Positions 12,601 to 24,793 of a stretch of DNA of 64,000 bases are shown piece after piece. The stretch lies in NCBI GenBank assembly GCA_965178125.1, contig OZ237753.1, positions 434,001-498,000 of the forward strand, in the 5' to 3' direction. This DNA is from Bilabrum cf. latius. Lineage: Eukaryota. Each line of letters begins with the position of its first letter. Position 1 is the first letter of the stretch. A program made the translations under genes and the position numbers. The notes under the pieces were generated by a model that worked only from the letters and a program-made list of their open reading frames with translations, did no database searches and had not been told where the DNA came from.

Positions 12601-15600
12601 AGGGAGCGGTCCGCCCGTTTGGCCACCGGCACCAGGTCCTCCTTCTACAAGGCTAATGCCGACATCACCAAGCTGGCCCGTGCGGCCTCCAAGCACGTGT
12701 CCTCCAAGCCGACCAGAGCATCAGCAGCTCGAGCGGCGGCGTTGATGCGTGAGAAGCAGCAGCAAACTGGGGCTCGGGACGAGTCCAAAGCCGCGGCTAT
12801 CATGGCAGCTGCAGCAGCATCAGCAGCCGGCGGATTCTCTGATGCTGAGGTTGACAAACCGAGGCCGCCACCGCCATCGAGAGAGGGCCAGCTGCCAGCC
12901 GGGACACAGCACCAAGGCAGAGGTGGCACTCCGGGCAGGTCACAACCCAGGGCGCCGCCTAGCAGGGAGGCTGGGTCAGGTGGACGAGACGGCTCATGGG
13001 ATGAGGCTAGCCCGGCAAGGGGTCGCAAGCGCGGTGGGGAGCAGCACGCGAGCCATCCGTCTGCGGTTGGTGGAAGCAGCCGCTCTTTCCGACGCATTGC
13101 ATCTGGTGTGAGCGTTGGATACCTGGGTAATCTGATCGACGAGCAAGTTGCGGATGAGGCTGACCTGGACGGGGAATGGGAAGGGGGGCGAAGCGGACAT
13201 GACGAGACGGGCAGGAGTGCAACAGGGCTCACCCAGGGTGCGGCCGGATCCAGGGAGCACGAGATGCCCGGCGGAGGTCCCAGGGAGCAAATGTTTACAG
13301 GAAACGGCACAGGGGGCCGGAACAGGGGCGGGCCCAACCGGGTATCGTCCTTTGGTGCGGTGAGCCTGGGTTCAAGCCACAGCGAGAGCTCTTAGCAACT
13401 CGTGGAGGGCCAGTCAGGGTCGGGGCACGACCTCAGGAGAGAGTTGCTCGACTCGTAGAGCGCACGTCGTCACCAACACGACGAATAGATGCACGTGACG
13501 AGTGCGACTGGCACCAGCCCTTAGCAGCGGAGGCTGTCGCGAAAGCACCCGCACAGTCAGACAATGGCGGGAGGTGCCATGCAGGGTGCGTCTGGGGGCG
13601 CTAAGGGCACGCACGCCGGGCAAAGGCCAATGCGCGCCGCCAGCTCCGCTGCAGATCTCCACAACGTTGCAAATGCTCACACCGTTGCTCGCCGGGCGGC
13701 GAGGGATTTCCGGCAGAAAAAAGAGCAGCTGCGCATGAGTCGCACGGACTTGACCGCTGGGACTGAGTATCAGGACGCAGTGGGCCTCGGTAGCGGGGAG
13801 GGTGGCGATGGTGACCCGTCGGACGGTCATGACAGCAGCGGCCATCCCCAGCAGGCTCACCTGGATGAGGACGAGCGAAGCGTTGTGCTAGCCAGGGTTG
13901 CCTCCCGGGCGCGAGTTGTGCCCATCAAACAGAGGGTACGAACCGACGCGGCAGCGGCGGCAGAGGCCCGAAACTTGCTGGCAGAGGCAAAGGCAGCGGG
14001 GGCCAAGGTTGGTCGGGTTCGGCCGTGGATGTCGGGAGCTCATGCTGGTGGCGCTGCTCGCAGCGTAGACTAGGAACAGCACAGGCCACGACATGGTTCC
14101 GATCATGTGGATGGGCACAGTCAGGCGTCAGTAGGCGGAATGCGCGGGCTTGGGGCCCTGTCATCTTCAGCAAGCCGGAGGCATGAATCCAGCCGGCGCC
14201 TCAGGCTAGCAATGCAGGCTGCATCCACTGGTAGTGGTGCTAGAAGTCGTGTGATGAGTGAAGACGAGGAGCAAGCGGCGGCCCTCCGTGATCGGGGAAT
14301 TGTATTGCTTGCCAAACCCAAGGTATACAGCCCGATCGCCGCGGGATTAGATTCAGCTGGGGCTGGGTTTGGGAGGCCAGTCGAACCGGCAACCACGTCT
14401 GGACAAGGCATGCACCGGGCAGGCACGATGGGACCGGGGACCCAGGGAACACGAGGGCATGTGCCGTCTCGAATGATTAGTCGCCGCCACAGCATGGAGG
14501 ACATCATGCACGGGTCGAGCCTAGCGGTTGGCCAAGCCATGGCGCGCAGGCAGCACGACAGCGATGCTCGCTTCTTGACGGATAGCGTGAGCGGTGGACT
14601 GTTTCACCTTGATGCCAGCATGGCTTCTTCGCCTTCGAGCAGCAAAACGGGCGCTGGTACTGGTGGGCGACCAAGGAAGGTTGGACCAGGACCAGGAGCG
14701 GGAGCGGGAGCGGGAGGTGTAGGCGGAGAAAGGGGCAGTGGATCGATTCGGGCACCGCGCGCACAGCGACGTTCTGGGGGTGCTGGCGATGCACGATATG
14801 GGCGGCGCTCTTCGTTGCCTGACCGTTTGAGCGAGCAAAGTGGTCAAGCAAGTGCTCGTGCTGCTCTGCCGCGCGGATCTCCTAGGAACAGCGACCCACG
14901 GCGGGTGCGGGCTGAGTCCAATTCGTCGTCGCAAGGCGTGAGCTGGGATCCTGAATCACTTTCTGATGCCACTGGAGAGGGCAGGGCGGTCCAATTTGAG
15001 GGTAGAGCGGCGAGCAGGGGAAGAGGCGTGGCTGTCCCCTCGTCTGGCCTGTTGCTGCATCCGCACTCGGGCCGATCGGTTCCGTCCCTAGATTTGCGCG
15101 GCGCCCGTCCCAGCGCGACCGACCTGCAAGGCGACACCTCTGGTATGATTCTATCGGCTCGAACGTTCGCCGATGCCGGTCGTGCGCGCGACCATGCGGT
15201 GCACCCGCGGCGAGGACGAGGCGGCGGCGGCTCACTCAGGGGACCGGGTTCGTCTCATGTTTCCGTTCAGCTGCCGCTGTCCATTCAGTCTGCGCGACTG
15301 GGTGCATCGCATGGCAGTGCATCAAGGCACGGCTACTACCGCGATCACCGGGCAGCCAGGGGAGTACTTTCGGGTAGCCGCGGCACTGCTGGCAGGACCG
15401 TGCCGATGCCGATGGGTGCTTCTGGGCAGGATGGGCACGGGCAGGCGCTGGGCCTTGATCACCTACTGGTGGCGTCTGGCTCGATCGGTGGCCGGAGTGA
15501 TGGTGCATCGGGGGTGCGTGCCTAGTATGCATTGCACGGTGGTGTGCGCAGGACTCGAGCAAGGTCCCACTCTCCAAATTCGATGCGGGTGGGGGCGGGC

Positions 15601-15798
15601 GGGGCAGCGGTTGGCGGTGGCAGACCTGGACCTGGACTCGATCGAGATTCCACCTGGGGTAGTGCAGGCGCAGATAACAGCAGGAACCCTTCGGCATCCA
15701 TGCACAACAGTTCAAGAGGCCAGCTGCCGTCCGGAACCGTTGCAATGCCGATGGATGGCCTGGCCTTGGCGGGCCAGTCGGCGATTGTCCGGCGATAA
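9652..15798 (+). CDS. Hypothetical ~2048-aa protein with a central coiled-coil and Gly/Ser/Ala-rich low-complexity regions
   Basis: Seven track ORFs (9787 to 15798) are in the same frame, joined by about 10 TAGs with no TAA/TGA. ATG 9652 follows an upstream TGA and the gene ends in TAA. No family recognised. Confidence 0.7.
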
Positions 15799-16319
15799 TG
15801 TTGAGCAAAGAGATTTGGTTAATCGTTGTTATATTAACTTGTCACTGCAACGGTCATTCGTGCGACTTGTCCCCATGAAGTTGAAATGCTAGTGCACCAA
15901 TTTAGAGCTGTGTCTACGTCCGTTTTGCTCCTGCCTCCTCCAATGCGCTTCCATTGGCATTGCACGCCCCCTCTTACCGGCAGCATACATTCATCGTTGT
16001 CTCCCGATCGGTAGTACCTTTCGCGATGCCGGTGATTTTTCGGCACCTGTGGGACATCCATCATGCTTCGGTCTCATCGTACTCAAGCCTATACTTGCGA
16101 GCACCCAGCGGCCCTACGACTCCAAATTGGTTTCAAGAAATATTACAACCGCCATTGCTGCTACCTTGAGCACTGCTCTTTTCCTGCATTATTGCGAAGG
16201 TGACAAAGGGCTGACAGACAGTTGACTTTGCTAGCAGCAGCAGTCAATGCACATCGACTGACGAATGAACAACTCCTTCGAGCTTGAACACGGTAGTAAC
16301 ACGACAGTCTCTCGAAGTC

Positions 16320-16472
16320 TCAACTTACAGATGGTTCGACCGGGCATTTTCCAGTTTTCCAGCCAGGACATCGATCAGAAACTGCAATACCCCTCAGCGC
16401 CGCATCTATATGCCTGCCACAGCCGCTCCACGTTGGCTTACCGCAATTTGGGCACGTCACCTTATAGCACAT
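16320..16472 (-). CDS. 50-aa Cys-rich microprotein (MCYKVTCPNCGKPTWSGCGRHIDAALRGIAVSDRCPGW...), probably metal-binding
   Basis: Manual translation, below the track cutoff. It matches the C-x4-C-x2-CGKxTWxGCGxH pattern I recall from small uncharacterised proteins of plants, fungi and actinobacteria. Runs ATG to TGA. Confidence 0.75.
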   Translation of the reverse strand: MCYKVTCPNCGKPTWSGCGRHIDAALRGIAVSDRCPGWKTGKCPVEPSVS

Positions 16473-17379
16473 AGCAGCAGTTCTTTGTTTCAATGCTTGA
16501 AGTGCCGCTGGGTGCCGGTTGCTGAATGTTCAGCTGATCGGCGCGGCTACTAGTAGTTCCGGTGTCCGGCTGCAAAGCAAGCCCAAGGACGAATACTTGC
16601 GGTATCGATCCGCTCGCGTACAAGCGCGGCGTGCATTGTGTAAAGAATCGTGAGAGCATGCTTCTAGTGGGGGGGCTTTTGCCCAGGTAGGAGGCTCAGT
16701 GCTGCACTGCACTCTGGACGTTGAGACGGACGTTGATTGGTCAAGGGTTTCTTCAATGCAATATACAGAATTCATTCGTTGGTAAGGCTTTATTCTTTGT
16801 AAATCAAGCAACTCCGCCGCAAAACTAACTACAAGCAGGCTTCCGGCCTCGCGTGTCGAGTGAACGCCGGCCACCTGCTATGCTCTCAGTGAGGCTATCA
16901 CCACTGGCTGCACCAGACTGATCCATGATCAACTGGATTTGGACCCAGAGGCTGTCTTTGCTTCACCAGCTGATCCTGTCTCTTCCTTTGCCACGGCTGG
17001 CTTTCCTTTTTCTGCAGACTGCGCCGATCGAATTTGGATGAGCCATCAGTGATACACTTGCCCAACTTGACCCGCAGCGTAGAAAATTTCATGAGCGTGT
17101 GAGTATTCGTACGAACAACTCACCAATTTGGTTGGATCGACCGCACAGACACCGGTCCTCCACCCGGAACATCGCTCCCCCATAGGTACTCCTGCAAGGG
17201 CGGCGTCGATGTGCTAGCCGCATCCCGCCCACGTTGCCTTTCCACATTTGGAGCACGGAACCTTTCGACACATTCTAGTTTAGCTAATGTTGTGGATGAT
17301 GCTCAGTCAAGGTTGTCAGCTGAGTTTGGTATACTGTAAAGTGCACCGTACTTTAGATCCCTGCCGGGCAGACCTCTCA

Positions 17380-20352
17380 GAGAACCCCCAGATTTGTCCG
17401 GGGGGTTCCAATCGTAAAATCAACAGGTGCCGTCGATTTTACGACCAAAATCGACAAAGTTGGACAAATCTGGGGATGTTGGCCCACTAAAACCGACATT
17501 ACTCGGAATCAATTGAGGAGACGAGCACGCCTCCACACTCCTTCCGTGTTTCGTCCAGCACGGCTGTTGGATCGCCGGATTTTTCAACCTTCTCACAATA
17601 ACCAATGGCAGGTGCATCTGATGGCTCTGGGTTAGACCCCACTGGTAAAGCCGTGCTATCAGACCAGCTCGGCGAGGAGTCTGCGGCCGCCACTGGTGGC
17701 GTCGGCGCCCCCAGAACCATTAAGTTTAGCTCTTCCTCTCGTAGACATATTATATTCTCTATTCCTCTCGTAGTGACCGATTGAGATATTGAACAGTGCT
17801 GATGAGGGCAACGAATAGTGCCTTCGATGCTTGTGGCTGTTGAGAAGCGGGATTGCTTTCCTCTATACAAACACTATCGCAGAGCCCGCGGTCGACCATG
17901 TTGAGCTTGCTAGCCTTCGCGAAGTGCTGATGGGTCTAAGATACCTGAAGGCACCCCCTCACATCGCTGCTCATGCCTCGGCCACCCCCACTGCCTCTCC
18001 CCTGGCTGCCCCGTCTCCTGGTCCTCCGCCCCCCTGCCCCTGCCCCAGCTGTTACGCCCGCAGTCCCACCGGGTGCCTGCCCCGGCAGCCCACCCGTCGC
18101 ACCACTGCTGGGGCCCCCCAGCATGTCATGCCCCCCCCGCCCCACCCCTGTCCCCTTCCCCCCGGGCCCAGTCCCCTCCAGCCCCATGACCTCCCTGCCC
18201 GACCACGATATCGCCGACGCAGTCGCAGTCGCAGTCGCTTTCGAGCTCACTCGCATCGCTGCTCATGCCTCGGCCACCCCCACTGCCTCTCCCCTGGCTG
18301 CCCCGTCTCCTGGTCCTCCTCGCCTCCCGCCGCCCCCCTGCCCCTGCCCCTGCCCCTGCTGTTACGCCCGCAGTCCCACCGGGTGCCTGCCCCGGCAGCC
18401 CACCCGTCGCACCACTGCTGGGGCCCCCCAGCATGTCATGCCCCCCCCGCCCCACCCCTGTCCCCTTCCCCCCGGGCCCAGTCCCCTCCAGCCCCATGAC
18501 CTCCCTGCCCGACCACGATATCGCCAACGCAGTCGCAGTCGCAGTCGCTTTCGAGCTCACTCGCATCGCTGCTCATGCCTCGGCCACCCCCACTGCCTCT
18601 CCCCTGGCTGCCCCGTCTCCTGGTCCTCCTCGCCTCCCGCCGCCCCCCTGCCCCTGCCCCTGCCCCTGCTGTTACGCCCGCAGTCCCACCGGGTGCCTGC
18701 CCCGGCAGCCCACCCGTCGCACCACTGCTGGGGCCCCCCAGCATGTCATGCCCCCCCCGCCCCACCCCTGTCCCCTTCCCCCCGGGCCCAGTCCCCTCCA
18801 GCCCCATGACCTCCCTGCCCGACCACGATATCGCCGACGCAGTCGCAGTCGCAGTCGCTTTCGAGCTCACTCGCATCGCTGCTCATGCCTCGGCCACCCC
18901 CACTGCCTCTCCCCTGGCTGCCCCGTCTCCTGGTCCTCCTCGCCTCCCGCCGCCCCCCTGCCCCTGCCCCTGCCCCAGCTGTTACGCCCGCAGTCCCACC
19001 GGGTGCCTGCCCCGGCAGCCCACCCGTCGCACCACTGCTGGGGCCCCCCAGCATGTCATGCCCCCCCCGCCCCACCCCTGTCCCCTTCCCCCCGGGCCCA
19101 GTCCCCTCCAGCCCCATGACCTCCCTGCCCGACCACGAAATCGCCGACGCAGTCGCAGTCGCAGTCGCTTTCGAGCTCAGCTCTGTCGCTGGTGTCGCCG
19201 GAAGCCGGCCGGCACTTGCCGCTTTGTCTTGCCGAAATGCCCGGCCGCGTCGGCAGAGTATCCTGCGTGTGCAAACCAAGAGGAGACGGGAACCGCGGGG
19301 CGAGATGCGGAGGCAAACACACTTTGTAGTACAAGCCTATAACCTGAAAGTGATTGCTCACCTCATCTCAGGTACACGAGAACCGAAAGCAGGCGAGCCC
19401 ATCTAGGCAGGATTGCCATGCTGCCTCTACCTTGGTTGTTCGCCAGCTTCCAAGAAGAACGACAAGCCTAGCTAGTCAAATAGTACTCCAGTAGGACGAG
19501 CTAGTATGGGCTCAACCCTACCTTCTTTTCAAAGGCTTTCTCTGCTTGCAGAACTGTGCGTTCACCGCGAACGCGACGGCGGGCGCGCAGGTGCTGCCAC
19601 GTCCTGGGCTTAAGCGCCTGCCTCAAAAGCTAAGTAACTGTCACACAAGAGGTAACGCAAGAGCGTGCCACCTGTCCCGGCCGGACGGAGTATCCTCGTG
19701 GCTAGTTGCAGACGAACTGGAATCGCTCAAAGCATCGTCCCCTACTGCCTGATGCGAGTCGCGCCGGAGCTCGTCTTAAGCCACGCAGCGTAAAAAATCT
19801 TCAATCACCGTTTTTGCGGCTCGATCCCTCTGTCCCTTTGGTAGGGTTCGTGGGACTCGGACAAACATCTGTTCGATCCTACGCTTGAAATGAATCGGCA
19901 GCCTTCGACTCAACGCACGAACTACGGCCGGAACGGATGCCGAAAAGCCACTTCTGCGATGATGTTATGAACATGTAGGCGATAGGAATCGATAAAAAAT
20001 GTGGCATGAAGCAGCCTAGTTGGGAGCAAATTGCGCTGGCCAAAGGTCGCCCCTGTAGTTCACCAAGTAGTTAATTAGACACTCAAGAACCTCTTACTGA
20101 TTCATCTGTAGTATAATATTGCAATGAATGGTCGGAACAGTCTCTCAAAGCTTGTCACCAGGCACGATGTGGACGGCTGTCGGATTCTGGCCGATTCGCT
20201 CATCCAGCCGTTTGTTTTCTGTAAATCCGACCGGGCGGCCTGTCGAATTCGTCGATAAACTTGTGATCGGATCGGATCGGATCACCGAATCCGACAGTCC
20301 GTCGATTTTGGCACGTCGATTTTGGCAACCCCGGACAAATCTGGGGGTTCTC
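17380..20352. mobile_element. Non-autonomous TIR DNA transposon (~3 kb), possibly PIF/Harbinger-like
   Basis: A 24-bp perfect inverted repeat GAGAACCCCCAGATTTGTCCGGGG lies at 17380-17403 and 20329-20352. It is flanked by direct TCA (17377-79, 20353-55; alternatively CTCAG with 1-bp shorter TIRs). GTCGATTTT subterminal motifs occur at both ends. No transposase recognised. Confidence 0.8.
17962..19179. repeat. Tandem array of ~4 near-identical C-rich units (292, 310, 310, ~306 bp)
   Basis: Units start at 17962, 18254, 18564 and 18874 and contain internal (GCAGTC)3 and (CCCCTG)2-4 sub-repeats. Confidence 0.95.
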
Positions 20353-22925
20353 TCAGCGAAAAGGGGGCACAGATGGGGGCACAGAGGGGGCCCAGACCCC
20401 CCAGACCCTACCCATCTGTGCCCCCCCCCTCTATCTCGGCCAATACTTGGAATTAAATCAAACTAAGGGCACCAATGGACTTGTCTCGACGAGTAGAGTC
20501 GTCTAGCATCGTCGGGGTGGGCAGCCCGGCGAATTCCGCGCACCTCTTAAAAACACACACTACCACGCCAATCTGATTATTGGTCCAAAACCAGCATTTT
20601 GATATCTACTACAATGCCGAATGGGCCAAACCAACTCAGACTGAGCAAAATATGTAATGTATTTGTATTCTATTCGTCAAGGCTCACGCATTTTCTTAGA
20701 TAGGTTGTAGTTTCTGAACCACAGCGTCTACAGTTTACAGCGTGAACTTGCCTCGTTCATGCCCATCGACTAATCAGTCAAACCCGATTTCAATCTACTC
20801 CTAGCATGTTTAATCATCAAATTCACTGTCTTTCCCATTCTGCTGGTCCAATATCGAGTCAAATAGAGCAGGATTCCACGCATCCATATCAGCACACTGC
20901 GCGATCTGCCAGCAAGCTTGCATCAACCTGCGGAATGTTGGCATCCTATATGAATTCCTTGAGCATCGTCTTGCTGACGTCGAGGTCCAGCCGCACACGA
21001 GCTTCCAGCAATCGGCCACTGGTAAGGAGGCTACTCCTCCTAGGGTCCGCGCCTGCCTTACCGACTGAGAACTTGCGCTCAGCCTCTGCACTAGACACTG
21101 GTTAGAGTAACACGGTCTTGATTACCCGCACTACAGCTAGTAGCATGCTCTTGCGTGATCGGGCCATCGCCGGGGTAGATTCACTCCGCCTGTGCATGGT
21201 CACAGCACGACCTGCAGCTGCCCTGGCCTGAGAAGAACTGGAGGAGGACGACGAGAAGACGAACCTGGCTGAGCCAATGGAGCCATGCTGCCTGCCTCAC
21301 CGTCGTGCTCATCACTATGCTGTCGGGCTGCCTCGTTGTGCGCTTGTCTGCATTACGCCCCTGATGCCGCCGGCTGTGGCTCAGTCGCGGCCTTCGGTCT
21401 ACCCCTCTTTTCCCCAATCCTTCCGTGGTTCTTCTTATCAACTGGTTAATAACAAGCTTACTTTTCGTGGTTTTTCTCGTAGAAGTTGCCGTGTAGTCGC
21501 CACACCTCGAAAATCGCTTGGTGATTTTGCCGTCGACCGCGCACATTCCGCAAATCGTGCTGCCGTCTGGAGAACGATAGAAGAAGCAGGACGAGCTTGC
21601 GGGGCCTTGAGATCTGCCTTGATCACGCGGTCTTGAGCCTTCCGCAGCAATCGCTGCAGCCTGCAGGAGATGCTCGCCGGAATGCTCCAACCTTTGGCTT
21701 CCTGCGTTCGCCTGCTGCCACATAGTCATAATGTGCCTATTATGAATAAGCTGATGGTACGCGTCGGCCGAAGTATCCACAGAGTCGCTACTGCTGCTGC
21801 TTGCAGCCATTGATGCAGCGTAGGCCTCACCTGGCGGGAAGTAAACGCACTCAGCAGTGACGGCTCCTGTTATAAGAGGAGACAAAAAGCTTCATACGTT
21901 GACTACGCTACCTTTGAATTGCCCGCGGTGAAGAGCACCTTCTGCTTCACAAGCTCCCGGTCGTGCCCAGCTTTCTGCATTCTGTGGCACGTTATATAAA
22001 GCAATTACCATTTCTCCATGAATCAGATTGCTACTATGGTACTAATGAACAACCATGACTCATACCACCGTGTGATATTGTCTGGTAGGTACTTGGCAGA
22101 ACCCTTTGAGAAATCCTGGCCCTCGCCCACTGGATCGGATCAGGGCATCGGAACCCCTGAGGGACGTTGGGGTCGACCAAACTTCTTCTTGCTGCCATTC
22201 TTGGCTCTATCTGCCATTTTTCAAACTTATTTGGTATCTTCGGGACAGTATCACATCATTATTGGCCAGTAATATGCATTTTAGGGGGGGGCACAGGATT
22301 TCGCCTCGAAAAGGTGGTACCTCTGTGCCCCCCCTGTTCCGGTTTAGGGGGCACAGACCCTGTGCCCCCCCCCTGAGGGGTCTGGGCCCGGCGGTGGCCC
22401 CATATTTTCTGTTACTCTGGTATTTTATCCCCCAGGGCCACTATGTGAGCCATGGTGAGTACAGATCCACATTGTCGATACATGGTGCGTGAGAGGCACC
22501 GAAACCCCTCGAGCAGAGCAGCGGCGCACTTCAGGTTGCAGTGCTTGCCATCTCTGCACGCGGTCTGACTCCGGGGCCACGATCGTAGTGCCCAGTGCTA
22601 TAGAACTGGGTGGAACGCCGCATCCACGCGTGTAAGAGAGCCACAGAATCTCAAACGGCGCGCGCAGTGACTGACGCCCTGCATATGGCGCCGTGTTGTA
22701 TGTAGTACCTTGCTGCCGCCGGGCCATCCCGGATTCCGCCAACAACTTTGAAACCGGAACAACTTGTGCTTGCGCGTGGCACCGTTGGGTCCCAAAGCCA
22801 GCATCATCCTTCGAATTTATCACGATAAATTCATGGCCACATGACGCATACTTGCTTGGTGCCGCAAGGTGGAGTTTGAGCTCAACGGTTCAAACTGGTA
22901 CGGTTAGGCGTCGTTGCCCTGGACC

Positions 22926-23978
22926 ATGGTTAGCCGACCAAATCCTGCAGGCAATGGATCACCGAGTGGACTGCTGTCGCATTGTTTGAAGAGAGTAAGT
23001 CCTTCAATATCTAGTGGTACGACGCGGTGCACCCGATGGTGGCTTGCCGCATTGATGATTCAGACCACGTCTCACGACTAGGCCTAGCCTACATCGCAGC
23101 ATGCTGTTTCAGCAGTCTGCCATTCGGCGAGGAAACGGAGCGCAAGATTAGATGCAATCCTAGCTCTGATCGTGTCCATGGCTGCTGCCTTCATGTTCAG
23201 CATAATCGCTGCAGCCGAGTTCCAAGGGTCATGCCCATGCTTCCTGCTGCCTGTCGAATATCAAGACTTTTCTGGACAACAACTTGGCTGCGCAACAAAT
23301 GACACTATCCCAAAGTCGCTTCACCTGCTCGTGCACGAAGACGTTCACGGCTCCGAGCCGAGCACCGAACGCTCGGACGACGGGGTTGAGGACGAGGCCG
23401 ATGAAATGCAGCAGGACGTGAACGACACCGTGTGGATCCTTCAGCTCGAAGATGCGGTGTTTGCGGCTGCAGTTGCCATGATAATCTGCAAGGTATTCGA
23501 TCTGTCACTATGGCTCGCCAGGATGCCTGGGATGCCGTGGGCGGCAGCAGCAGCAACAGCTGCGCACGCTAGCAGCGAAGGATAGGATGATTAGAGATAG
23601 GATTAGATTGATGATCGGCATGTTCCTTTCTGCAGGACCGATGCGGCTGGGCTCATGGTTTCGGTAGTGTTTGCTGTCCTCGCGGCGTGGATGGTCGTGG
23701 ACGGCCTCGCAGTGATTGGGCAGTGCGGCAGGTACGGTGCGTCCCGCGGGTCTTTCGCGCGGGGCTGGTTCAACGCAGTGCTGATGGAGCAGCTCGTCCA
23801 GGAACCGCTGTTGTGCCTAGCGACATACTATGTGTGCCGGGGGTGCCCGCGCCGGCACTGTTGCAGGGGGGTTGCTGGCCACGGGACGGAAGAAGCGAGC
23901 GGGGGTGCCACAAGCGACTTCCAAAACAGGGGCTCACAAACAGGGCGACTACGAGCAGCACGAGCTAGTTGTGCATGA
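22926..23978 (+). CDS. Hypothetical multi-pass membrane protein
   Basis: ORFs 23172-23585 and 23655-23978 are in frame, bridged by four TAGs (23583-23606). It has several hydrophobic segments and ends in TGA. The start is uncertain. Confidence 0.5.
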
Positions 23979-24135
23979 GGTGTGAAAAAGTACAGCTTGG
24001 CGCTGTGGTGAAGCACCGCCGGTGCCCGCGCGCCGAATGGTGGCGCCGCCGGTACTACGGGCCGGTAGAGGATTGTAGCGTGCAGTCGCAGACGGCACCC
24101 CTTCAAGTCCACTCACTGTAGGTGACTTTATCGAT

Positions 24136-24533
24136 ATGGCAGACATCTCAGAGGAGCTTAAGAAGGTAGAAAACATTATCAGGTACCGTTCAAGCTTGGA
24201 GTGAGCAAGCCATTGCCTCTTGCACGCTGATTCAAGCAAGAAGTTGTTTCCAAGCACTCCAGCCTTGTGGCGTTCACCATCTACCCACCACGTAGGATGT
24301 ACAACAATGTCGTTGAAACAGCATTCACTCGATGCGTCTACGGATTTCGGTCGAGCGAGATGGCACCAGAGGAGAAGAAGTGCTTTGCCGAAACTACCAC
24401 AAAGATGCTGCGACATGCAGCACGATGCCGCCAGCGATTCGCTGAGATTTAGCAGATCAAGCAGTCTGAGATCCAGGAGAAGATGAAGAAGGCGGCAAAG
24501 GTTGGTGATGACGTTGCTGGACCCTCGTTCTGA
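24136..24533 (+). CDS. TIM9: Mitochondrial small Tim chaperone, Tim9-like; exons 24136-24182 and 24296-24533
   Basis: The spliced product ENIIRMYNNVVETAFTRCVYGFRSSEMAPEEKKCFAETTTKMLRHAARCRQRFAEI*Q aligns by eye to Tim9. It has a 113-nt GT..TAG intron, one in-frame TAG (24450) and ends in TGA. Confidence 0.8.
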
Positions 24534-24793
24534 CGAGCTAGGTGCACCGCTATTGTTGTCGATACCCATGATTTCTCGCTTGCTCTTGGCGCACATGATG
24601 CTGTACAGCTGAGTTACGGACATATTATTTCTGTGCAGTCGGCAATCTAGTCATTCATGCACGCTCAATGCGGTCTCGTGGGAATCGCAAAGACAGTGCT
24701 TCAGTCGGCCCGAGACGGTAGCGTGGGATAGCGTGGCTGGGAATGACACGAACTGCACGAAGCTCGTCGCAAAAGCATTTGATGCAATCATAA

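Larger units (their letters stand above)
17363..22392. mobile_element. Older TIR-like element whose left end is interrupted by the 17380-20352 element
   Basis: Removing the inner element gives GCCGGGCAGACCTCTCAGCGAAAAGGGGGCACAG. This resembles the reverse complement of ~22360-22392 (GCCGGGCCCAGACCCCTCAG-G-run-CACAG). GGGGGCACAG motifs cluster at 20363-20430 and 22284-22373. No TSD found. Confidence 0.5.

Noticed and set aside
16530-17300. Short minus-strand ORF fragments next to the transposon
   Set aside because: All three frames contain TGA/TAA stops even with UAG read as sense, and no homology was recognised.
17831-19406. Pro-rich and Gly-rich ORFs over the tandem array, or a CRISPR-like array
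   Set aside because: They are products of a 310-bp non-triplet repeat with no unique spacers and no domain motifs.
21181-21885. 234-aa ORF inside the outer element with a CxxC (TICGMC), a possible transposase zinc-finger remnant
   Set aside because: No DDE or other transposase motif is recognisable, and neighbouring frames contain TGA stops. The evidence is too weak to call.
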